From Sphingobacteriales bacterium (GTDB taxonomy: Bacteria; Bacteroidota; Bacteroidia; AKYH767-A; OLB10), in contig JAJTFW010000011.1 of the NCBI GenBank assembly GCA_021299095.1, positions 43-64,042 of the forward strand: 64,000 nt of DNA, in the 5' to 3' direction. Both the position numbers and the translations under genes were made by a program. Below the pieces are notes generated by a model. The model was not told the DNA's origin and did not search any database. It was given only the letters and a program-made list of their open reading frames with translations. Positions 10,004 through 18,284 of this stretch are shown one piece after another (positions within the stretch are counted from its first letter, which is position 1; every line of letters begins with the position of its first letter).

Positions 10004-11377
10004 GTGAAAATCCGAAACATCCTCCTCCCACTCGTATTCCTCAGCACACTCGTAAACGCTCAGGGTCCTGAAGTTAATGCCTGGTTATTGAATACCACAG
10101 GCGCGACAGCAAGCCACTACGTAATCGGCAACAGTGTTGCGATACAGGATCCCGATTCGGCCAATGTGCAACGCGTGTATTATTCGGCGAACTGGGTATA
10201 CGTATGCACCAAAGGGCTTCCCGCATATCCTACCGGCCCTTTTCTGGACGGGAATCCATCACTCGCCACCAACCAGAACGCCATCTTCAAAATCTCCCGC
10301 CTCCCTGTTCAGAATACCGGAACTCCCACAAATACCAGCGGAGGCAACATTGGTATCTTCGTGAATGGAGTAGCCTTATTCGACTACCGCGATGGAGTCG
10401 CCTGGAATCCATCCACCAATTCCCTGTGCGGAGGTCCGGGAAATCCGCCTTGTCCCGGCGGAATGGGAGCCACCATGGACTGGAACCGCGATGCCATCCG
10501 CGCCGAGCGTGCCGGATTCCATTGCTCCAAAGGGCATCCGGCCATGGGGAATTATCACCACCACCAGAATCCCAGCGCATTCAAACTCGATCTTAGTGTC
10601 ATATCTACCATTTGCAACCTGTATGACGCCGATGGTTTGTATTCGATTGACAGCACGCAGCATTCCCCACTGATCGGATATGCCTACGACGGATTTCCGA
10701 TTTATGGTGCTTATGCCTGGGAGGGAACAACAGGAGCTGGACCGGTAGTGCGCATTAAATCGGGGTATCGCCTGCGTAATATCACCGTACGAAACACCTC
10801 GCCCACGGGAGCCAGCGTGACTTCGGGTCCGAATGTGAGTGCCCAATATCCCCTTGGTTATTTCCGTGAAGACTACGAATACATTGCTCCTCAGCCCGGA
10901 CAAACCGATGTACTCGACATCCACAACGGTCGGTTCTGTTTCACCCCTGAATACCCGAATGGAACCTATGCGTATTTCTGTACGGTTGATTCCAACTGGA
11001 ATTCAGCCTATCCCTATGTCGTAGGCCCAAGCTTTTACGGAACACGGACCGCATCGAAGGTCACCTCCATCACCGAACCGGTTACGCAATACATCCCGGC
11101 CACAACGGGGTTGACAAGTGCAACACCACAGGCCGATGTAGTGGTTTTCCCCAATCCCGGACACGATTACATTGCCGTGCAACTCAAAGGACTTGTGCAT
11201 GAATCAACAGAAATCGCTTTATACGATCTCAGTGGCAAATTACAGCGCAGCAGCCAGGTTCTCCCAGGCAGTACTGTCGCGTTCCTTGATGTGCGTACCC
11301 TGTATTCCGGAACCTATCTGCTGCGTATCATGACCAATGAAGATCAGCAGGTTCGCATGATCCAGGTCATGCATTGA
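10004..11377 (+). CDS. YHYH-domain protein with T9SS C-terminal sorting domain
   Basis: IGIFVNGV, GHPAMGNYHHHQNP, HSPLIGYAYDGFPIYG, LDIHNGRF..TPEYPNGTYAYF; CTD VFPNPG..LYDLSGK..SGTYLLRI. Confidence 0.85.
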   Translation: MKIRNILLPLVFLSTLVNAQGPEVNAWLLNTTGATASHYVIGNSVAIQDPDSANVQRVYYSANWVYVCTKGLPAYPTGPFLDGNPSLATNQNAIFKISRLPVQNTGTPTNTSGGNIGIFVNGVALFDYRDGVAWNPSTNSLCGGPGNPPCPGGMGATMDWNRDAIRAERAGFHCSKGHPAMGNYHHHQNPSAFKLDLSVISTICNLYDADGLYSIDSTQHSPLIGYAYDGFPIYGAYAWEGTTGAGPVVRIKSGYRLRNITVRNTSPTGASVTSGPNVSAQYPLGYFREDYEYIAPQPGQTDVLDIHNGRFCFTPEYPNGTYAYFCTVDSNWNSAYPYVVGPSFYGTRTASKVTSITEPVTQYIPATTGLTSATPQADVVVFPNPGHDYIAVQLKGLVHESTEIALYDLSGKLQRSSQVLPGSTVAFLDVRTLYSGTYLLRIMTNEDQQVRMIQVMH

Positions 11378-11402
11378 GTCCTGACCGCAGGCCTTTCTCT
11401 GC

Positions 11403-11410
11403 TACCTTTG
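11403..11410 (+). promoter_or_regulatory. -7 promoter box for rnr
   Basis: TACCTTTG, 7 nt before the ATG. Confidence 0.7.
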
Positions 11411-11417
11411 GCTGCAG

Positions 11418-13676
11418 ATGACGGCCAAAAAATCAATTACCGACGACAGTGCTTCACTCCGCAGGCTTGTGCTGGAGATTTTCCGCGAGCACGAATATGC
11501 CGCCTACAACCACAAACAGGTTGCAAAGAAACTCAGGCAGGAGCCTTTTTTCACCACGGCAGAATCCTTTCTGGAGCGCTTTAGCGACCAGCAACTGAAG
11601 GATGCGCTGATTGCAACCCTCGAGCACCTGACACAAGAGGAGGAGTTGCAGGAAACCGACCGTGGCAAGTACAAACTCTGGCCGCAGTCGCGCTTAGTCG
11701 AAGGCCGCATCGACATAGCCTCTAACGGAAACGCATATGTGATGAATGAGGATTTCGAAGAAGACATCTTCATTGATCGCAACAACCTTCTCAATGCGCT
11801 CAACGGCGATCTTGTAAAGGTGAATCTGTTCGCCGTGCGACCGGGAAAGCGTCCGCAGGGGGAAGTGATTGAGATCATCGAGCGCGCGCGTACCGAATTT
11901 GTCGGTACCGTGCAGGTCAGTAAGGGTTTCGCCTTCTTATCATCGGGACACATGCGCAACGGCATTGACCTGTTCATTCCGCTCGATGCGCTCAACGGAG
12001 CCAAGCACGGCGAGAAAGCGGTGGCCCGGATTACCCACTGGCCCGAAGATGCCGCCAATCCACAGGGAGAGATCGTGCGTGTGCTGGGGATGCCCGGAGA
12101 TAACGATGTCGAAATGGATGCCATCCTGGTCGAATATGGTTTTCCGCTGTCTTTTCCGGAAAACGTAGAGGCAGAAGCTGAAGCCGTACCGTATCGGATT
12201 CCCCGCAAGGAAATCGACAATCGTCGGGATTTTCGCAGCATCACCACATTCACCATCGACCCGGTGGACGCCAAGGATTTCGACGATGCCCTGTCTGTCC
12301 GTTTTCTGGAGAATGGCCATTTGGAGGTGGGGATACACATCGCCGATGTAAGTCATTATGTGCAGCCCGGAAGTGCCATGGACGATGAGGCTTTCGATCG
12401 CGCTACATCGGTGTATCTGGTCGATCGGGTTATCCCCATGCTTCCCGAAAAACTCAGTAATCTGGTTTGCTCGCTCCGCCCCGGTGAAGACAAGTTGTGT
12501 TTTTCGGCGGTGTTTGAATTGGATCAACACGGACAAGTACTCAACGAATGGTTCGGTCGTACCATCATCCACTCCGACCGCAGGTTTACCTACGAAGAAG
12601 CCCAGGAGGTGATCGAACGTGGTGAGGGTGATTTGTGCGAGGAGGTGCTGACTTTGCACCGTATCGCGCAGAAACTCCGGTCCAAACGATTCGCCGATGG
12701 AGCCATCACCTTCGATCGCGTAGAGGTACGATTCAGGCTCGACGAGCGCTCACATCCGGTGGATGTGTATCTCAAAGAGAACAAGGATAGCAACAAACTC
12801 ATCGAGGAATTCATGTTGCTGGCCAACCGCCGTGTGGCCGAATCCATCGGACGGAAATTGTCATCGGAGAAAAACCGTGAATTCCCGTTTGTGTATCGTG
12901 TTCACGATACACCGGTGAGCGACAAGCTTGAGTCCTTCGCTTTATTCGCCGGTCGTTTCGGCCACAAGGTGAACACGCGTAACGAAAAGGACCTTGCCCA
13001 CTCACTCAACCGGCTCATGCATGATATCAAAGGAAAGCGTGAGCAGAATGTACTGGAGCAATTGGCCATCCGTACCATGGCAAAGGCCATCTACACCACC
13101 GATAACATAGGACACTACGGCCTTGCCTTCGATTATTACACGCATTTCACTTCACCCATCCGCCGCTATCCCGATGTGGTGGTCCATCGCTTACTGGCGC
13201 ATTACCTTGAGGGTGGTGCTCCTGCAGATGCCGATGAAATCGAAGAAGCCTGCGAACACAGTACGCAGATGGAAATCAAGGCAAGCGAAGCGGAGCGCGC
13301 CTCTGTAAAATTCAAACAGGTGCAATACCTCCTCGACCGCAAGGACGAAGTGTTCACCGGCATGATTTCAGGCGTGACGGAATGGGGCCTTTATGTAGAG
13401 ATCCCTGAAAACAAGTGTGAAGGGCTGGTGCGTGTACGCGATCTCACCGACGATTTTTACTCGCTCAACGAGGAGGAGTACAGCCTGGTCGGTCACCGCA
13501 CACACAAAACGTATCGCCTGGGTGACATGGTGCGCGTCCGGCTTAAATCGGCTGATCTGGTCAAGAAGCAGATTGATTTCCTGTTGGAGGAAATGCCACT
13601 CGTGAGCCGAAAAACAGCCACCGCCCAACGGAGCAAAGGTGGATTCCGCAGTAAACCCGGCGGACGCAGACGCTGA
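11418..13676 (+). CDS. rnr: Ribonuclease R
   Basis: TFTIDPVDAKDFDDALS, GIHIADVSHYV, LIEEFMLLAN, HYGLAFDYYTHFTSPIRRYPD, S1 domain, basic tail. Confidence 0.96.
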   Translation: MTAKKSITDDSASLRRLVLEIFREHEYAAYNHKQVAKKLRQEPFFTTAESFLERFSDQQLKDALIATLEHLTQEEELQETDRGKYKLWPQSRLVEGRIDIASNGNAYVMNEDFEEDIFIDRNNLLNALNGDLVKVNLFAVRPGKRPQGEVIEIIERARTEFVGTVQVSKGFAFLSSGHMRNGIDLFIPLDALNGAKHGEKAVARITHWPEDAANPQGEIVRVLGMPGDNDVEMDAILVEYGFPLSFPENVEAEAEAVPYRIPRKEIDNRRDFRSITTFTIDPVDAKDFDDALSVRFLENGHLEVGIHIADVSHYVQPGSAMDDEAFDRATSVYLVDRVIPMLPEKLSNLVCSLRPGEDKLCFSAVFELDQHGQVLNEWFGRTIIHSDRRFTYEEAQEVIERGEGDLCEEVLTLHRIAQKLRSKRFADGAITFDRVEVRFRLDERSHPVDVYLKENKDSNKLIEEFMLLANRRVAESIGRKLSSEKNREFPFVYRVHDTPVSDKLESFALFAGRFGHKVNTRNEKDLAHSLNRLMHDIKGKREQNVLEQLAIRTMAKAIYTTDNIGHYGLAFDYYTHFTSPIRRYPDVVVHRLLAHYLEGGAPADADEIEEACEHSTQMEIKASEAERASVKFKQVQYLLDRKDEVFTGMISGVTEWGLYVEIPENKCEGLVRVRDLTDDFYSLNEEEYSLVGHRTHKTYRLGDMVRVRLKSADLVKKQIDFLLEEMPLVSRKTATAQRSKGGFRSKPGGRRR

Positions 13677-13762
13677 CGGAAATCAGTTGGTCGTAAAAGG
13701 CACATCACTACCGGTTTCAGAAAGCCTCGGTTCATTTGTTGTGTAAATCAACATGAACCACT

Positions 13763-14227
13763 ATGAAAGCGATTGCCCACCTCCTTTTACTCATTCCACT
13801 TTTTTTCGGCACCGGTTGCGCCTCCATCGTGAGCCAATCCAGTTGGACTGTAAACATTGATTCAGAGCCTCCCGGAGCGCATGTAGAGGTAACCGATCGG
13901 AATGGGAGACCTGTTTATCAGGGAACAACACCAACGCAAGTCAGTCTGCGTTCGGGTAACGGATATTTTAAAGCACAACGATACAACCTCGCATTCAGGC
14001 GGGATGGATATGAAGCCGAGTCGGCCACGTTGAATTGTGTCATGAATCCCTGGTATTTAGGGAACATCGTATTAGGCGGGTTTATCGGGATGCTTATCGT
14101 GGATCCATTGACCGGAGCCATGTTCAAGCCGGTAACGGAGCAGCTTAATGTACATTTGCATCAGCGAAATAATCAGGATCCCAAATTCATCAACACGATA
14201 CCGAACGAAGTACATTCGGGGAAATAA
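13763..14227 (+). CDS. PEGA-like domain lipoprotein
   Basis: GTGCASIV lipobox, IDSEPPGA, GTTPTQVSL, WYLGNIVLGGFIGMLIVDPLTGAMF. Confidence 0.75.
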   Translation: MKAIAHLLLLIPLFFGTGCASIVSQSSWTVNIDSEPPGAHVEVTDRNGRPVYQGTTPTQVSLRSGNGYFKAQRYNLAFRRDGYEAESATLNCVMNPWYLGNIVLGGFIGMLIVDPLTGAMFKPVTEQLNVHLHQRNNQDPKFINTIPNEVHSGK

Positions 14228-14247
14228 TCCGGCGTTGTACACGCTGA

Positions 14248-14985
14248 ACCAGCAATATCGATGAATTGCGTTATGCGGTGTGGGGATTGGAGCAAAGCCC
14301 CATCATTGCCGTGGAAAAACGCGAAGTGCGCAGGATCATTTTCTCTAACGGCGAGACCGTTGAATTCAATGATGACCCGCTCGCTCTTGAAACGATTCAG
14401 AAGCAGGCAGAAGGAAAGAACCGTGCAATCAAGTTTGATTTCTTCGCACCGCTGTTCAACAAGTTCGTGTTCGGTTACGAGCACATGTTGAAGCCGGGGA
14501 CTAACCTCGAACACAAAATCGGCTTCATTGGCGTAGGAACCAATACTACGATGCCCAGGGCCAGCGGAGCGTTTGTTAAGACCGGTATAAAGTTGTGGTC
14601 GGGGAAGGATTACTACCACCGCGGGATGCGCATGTCGCACCCCCTACGCGGAAGTTATGTGCGACCGGAATTGATTATCGGTTATTTCAAACAGCAGCAG
14701 GAGATTGACAACTTCCCGAATCCGACACAAAAGATTACAACCAATTACACCAATGTTGCAGTGAACATCTGTTTCGGTAAGCAGGTACTGTTGGGGGATT
14801 GGATGACACTCGATTACTACGTCGGTGTCGGATACGGTTGGCAATCGGGAAATGCGGAGCAGCCAGATCCCTACGGATACGATTCGTCCGAGTATGAACC
14901 GTACGCCTACAGTCACCTGCTCGGCAGCCGCGATTTCCCAATTGCCTTTTCAGCCGGGATGATGCTCGGCGTCCTGCTCAAGTAG
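14248..14985 (+). pseudogene. Outer-membrane beta-barrel-type protein lacking its N-terminus
   Basis: Frame opens after TGA 14245-14247 with TSNIDELRY..; there is no ATG or signal peptide. Downstream beta-strand pattern: NRAIKFDFF, FGYEHML, LDYYVGVGYG, AGMMLGVLLK. Confidence 0.6.
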
Positions 14986-14988
14986 GCC

Positions 14989-17493
14989 TTAAGGTTTCAC
15001 CAGGCGTGTGCGCAAGGCATGGGTGCCGTCATCGACCACTACAACATAGCTGCCCGACTTCCAGGCTGAAGTTTCCAGCATGTAGGTGTTTAAGCCGGAT
15101 TTCACTTCCAGTGACACCATAAATACGCCCGCGCCTTTTTCGTCGACAACCTGTAATCGCGCTTTGGTATTGCGGATGGAATGGAAGCGGACATCAACCG
15201 GTCCTGTGGCAGGATTGGGGAATACCAGCATCTGCCGAATTGTCTCGTTTGCATCGTTGAGGTGAAATGCTTTGGGTCCGAAGGTTTCGGTGCGGCCATC
15301 GCGGTCGACTTGCACCAATCTGTAATAACTGCGACCGGGAAGTGGATCGGTATCGCGCAGCGAATATGCCCGAACGCTTGTACTGTTTCCGGCTGCAGGA
15401 ATCGACTCCACTGGGATGAAGTCTGTGCCATCGGCCGAACGTTCCACTCGGAAATAATCGGAGTTCACTTCGCTGGCTGTAGCCCAGGATAATACGGCAT
15501 CACCTCCCACTTCTTTGAGTTCAAGTCGGATCAGGTTTACAGGTAAAGGGTTTACGCCACCGGAGGATACGGCGAACTGACCGGGTTGTACCAGATTATC
15601 ACGGATGATGATGGGCTGTGAAGCAGTACCGGTCGAGGCTGAATGTGATCCCTGAGCTGTCCAAGCCGCGGTTGCATCGTCACGGCGGATGAGGTGCAGT
15701 GTTGATGCATCTGTGATTCCGCTGAATCCGTTTCCACACACATCAATGCCGAAGGTTCCGGTTTGATGTCCCTGTTCGGCACTCACGGTCCACCAGCCCG
15801 ATGCGATGGTTGAGCATACATCTCCTGCATCGTTGAGCGGCAATCCATAGGTTCCAGGGAAGCCGTTCTGGAAACGCACACGCAGGGCTCCCGTCGAATT
15901 AGCCTGTTGGAAGCGTACGGTCATTCCCCGGTAGTCGTTTCCGAATCCAAGTGGAAATACCAGTGAGGTTGAATTAACCGGCAACCACCGCAGCATAGTG
16001 CCTTCTACATGTCCGCTTGTGCGGGTATATATTCCGGGATTGGCATTATCTATTCCCAACGTGATCAGTTGATTTCCTACATTAACTGTTCCTGAGGTTA
16101 GCGCCAGCTCTCCGGTTACGGTAATATCCGAAATGAGGTTCAATCCCTGGGAGTTGTTGCATTCTAGCCTGCGCACCGTTGCTGGTAGTCCATTTCCACA
16201 GTTCTGCGTAGTGCTCCCTGCGTAGATGTACTCGGCACCTGTATTGTAGTTGCGGCTACCCGTCACCAAGACGTGTCCCGAGCTTGCGGTTTGGGTAATA
16301 CCCGAGGCAGAGCGCATGAGCATTCCGGCATTGTTTTCCAAGGTGAAACTTCCAGCACCGGTGAAGGTTGTTGTTGCTGCATTCATCACCAAACGGCTAC
16401 CTGAAACCACACGGTAATCGACCGCGTTGTTGACGCTTCCTCCGCTTGCATACACCTGATTGCCTGCTGCTGTGAAGCGCACTTCAGCTCCCCCCGATCC
16501 AGACTCGTGTAGTAAGCCACTTGTATGTGAAAAATCACCTGACAGCAATAAGGTTCCTTTGACATTGCCTGCACTGAGATCGAATGAGCCGCCGGTGATT
16601 GAACAATTTCCCGCAACAGCCATTGTGCTTGCAGTGGTCGAGCCGCTTGGAATAAACACGAACGTTCCGCCGCTTTGATTGTACTGACCGCTCACCACCA
16701 CGTTTCCGCCTGCCTGAAGTGTTCCGGACCCTGTGGATGCGAGGTTGAAATTTCCGCCAAACGTTACAGGGGCACCAAAACTCAATGTTGCAGATTGTGA
16801 ACCACTACTCCAGGTGAAGTGATGGTAAGACTGGATTAGTTGTGTAGGAAGTGCGGTTGTAACGCCGCTGATCGTACAAGTTGACCCCGTATTCCAGGTG
16901 CTGGCGGGGATGGTGCCTCCATTTCGCTGATGGCGGTACTCGGATCCGCTTAAATGCGATATGCTTGCACCTGCACCGAGGGTGATGGTATTCGTGTTGG
17001 TGATCAGCAGGTTGTTTTCGATGGATGCGCCAGCGGCCAGATTCAGTGTTGAACCGACCTGAAGGGTTCCGTTGTTCAGTAAATCAACCCCCGATCCGTT
17101 GGCGATATTCAATGTATTGTTGGTGATATCCAGTGTTGCGCCTGTTTCGATGTCGAGTTGGTCGGCGCTCTCGGCCGAGTTCACCGTAACGGTGTGACCT
17201 GTACGAATGGTAACGGCTCCGGTACTTGAGTTTGGTGCTGATGAGGCATCGATCCAAGCGCTACCGGTGTAGGTTTCCCAGGTCGTTTTCAACTTCCATT
17301 GTCCACTGCTTTTCGATCGGTAGTCCCCGCTCACGGCGGCCTTGGTTTCGGTACTGCGCAGGGTTTGCTGGAAAAGCACTACGATGACAAGAATCAATGC
17401 GGAGGATCCAGCTGCAATCCAGGCCATGCGTTGGCGCTGGGATTGACGTTGACGTTGACGGAAATTCAAGCCGGGGCGTTTGGGTGTGTACAT
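14989..17493 (-). CDS. T9SS cargo protein with beta-helix-like Gly/Ser/Thr-rich body
   Basis: GDYRSKSSGQW N-terminal module, PLPVNL, LSWATASEVNSDYFRVERS, SYYRLVQVDRDG, VFPNPA CTD. Confidence 0.85.
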   Translation of the reverse strand: MYTPKRPGLNFRQRQRQSQRQRMAWIAAGSSALILVIVVLFQQTLRSTETKAAVSGDYRSKSSGQWKLKTTWETYTGSAWIDASSAPNSSTGAVTIRTGHTVTVNSAESADQLDIETGATLDITNNTLNIANGSGVDLLNNGTLQVGSTLNLAAGASIENNLLITNTNTITLGAGASISHLSGSEYRHQRNGGTIPASTWNTGSTCTISGVTTALPTQLIQSYHHFTWSSGSQSATLSFGAPVTFGGNFNLASTGSGTLQAGGNVVVSGQYNQSGGTFVFIPSGSTTASTMAVAGNCSITGGSFDLSAGNVKGTLLLSGDFSHTSGLLHESGSGGAEVRFTAAGNQVYASGGSVNNAVDYRVVSGSRLVMNAATTTFTGAGSFTLENNAGMLMRSASGITQTASSGHVLVTGSRNYNTGAEYIYAGSTTQNCGNGLPATVRRLECNNSQGLNLISDITVTGELALTSGTVNVGNQLITLGIDNANPGIYTRTSGHVEGTMLRWLPVNSTSLVFPLGFGNDYRGMTVRFQQANSTGALRVRFQNGFPGTYGLPLNDAGDVCSTIASGWWTVSAEQGHQTGTFGIDVCGNGFSGITDASTLHLIRRDDATAAWTAQGSHSASTGTASQPIIIRDNLVQPGQFAVSSGGVNPLPVNLIRLELKEVGGDAVLSWATASEVNSDYFRVERSADGTDFIPVESIPAAGNSTSVRAYSLRDTDPLPGRSYYRLVQVDRDGRTETFGPKAFHLNDANETIRQMLVFPNPATGPVDVRFHSIRNTKARLQVVDEKGAGVFMVSLEVKSGLNTYMLETSAWKSGSYVVVVDDGTHALRTRLVKP

Positions 17494-17602
17494 TTCGATG
17501 GATGTGTATCGGGCGATTTGTACGAACTCCCGGGTGTTTGAGTTTCCATTTTCGATTAATCACGTGTTATTATGTAGCTTTCGGCACCTAAAACACGCTT
17601 AT

Positions 17603-18094
17603 ATGAACATCAATTTCCCCGTCATCCTGCTTGCAGCTCTTGCCTGTATGCCACTCGGTTTTCTGTGGTATGGTCCACTCTTCGGAAAAGCCTGGATGCG
17701 TGAATCGGGTATGACCCCTGAGAAAGCCAAGTCTTCCAACCTGGTCAAAATCCTGTCGCTTAGCTATTTGTTCTGTGTCATGTTGGCGTTCTCATTGCAG
17801 TTTATGGTCATACACCAATATTCGGTGTACTCCCTTATTGAAGGGCTAAGCGGAGAAGAGGCTGACATGGGCAAGGCCTGGGTGGAGCAGGGTATGCAGT
17901 CTTTCGGAACCAATTTTCGCAGCTTCAAGCATGGCGTACTTCACGGATTTTTGGCAGGCCTTACGCTGGCCCTCCCCCTGGTAGGCATGAACTCGTTGTA
18001 TGAGCAGCGTAGTGCACGGTACATTTTCATCCATGCCGGTTACTGGATTGTTTCGATGATGCTGATGGGCGGCATCATCTGCCAGTGGGCGTAG
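17603..18094 (+). CDS. DUF1761 family membrane protein
   Basis: LGFLWYGPLFGKAWM, FRSFKHGVLHG, LYEQRSARYIFIHAGYW. Confidence 0.85.
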   Translation: MNINFPVILLAALACMPLGFLWYGPLFGKAWMRESGMTPEKAKSSNLVKILSLSYLFCVMLAFSLQFMVIHQYSVYSLIEGLSGEEADMGKAWVEQGMQSFGTNFRSFKHGVLHGFLAGLTLALPLVGMNSLYEQRSARYIFIHAGYWIVSMMLMGGIICQWA

Positions 18095-18124
18095 AAGGAG
18101 CGCACCATCCCGGCATACATTCCT

Positions 18125-18167
18125 GAACGATGTGCCATACCTTGTATAAAGGCACATAGGTTCGTTT
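18125..18167 (+). terminator. Probable terminator after the DUF1761 gene
   Basis: GAAC-G-ATGTGCC...GGCACAT-AG-GTTC stem followed by GTTTT. Confidence 0.4.
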
Positions 18168-18218
18168 TAGCCATTTCTTTCCCGGTGTCTAAATCGGGTT
18201 ATGAAAAAACAGCCCCGA

Positions 18219-18246
18219 GTAAACCATATCCTGTCTAAATGCGTGA
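18219..18246 (+). promoter_or_regulatory. Candidate ECF-sigma promoter
   Basis: gtaAAC-N17-CGTga (AAC 18222-18224, CGT 18242-18244), about 40 nt upstream of the PKD gene that precedes an ECF sigma gene. Confidence 0.5.
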
Positions 18247-18284
18247 TAAACGTTGAAACCCCAGTACGAACCAACCCAAAACAC

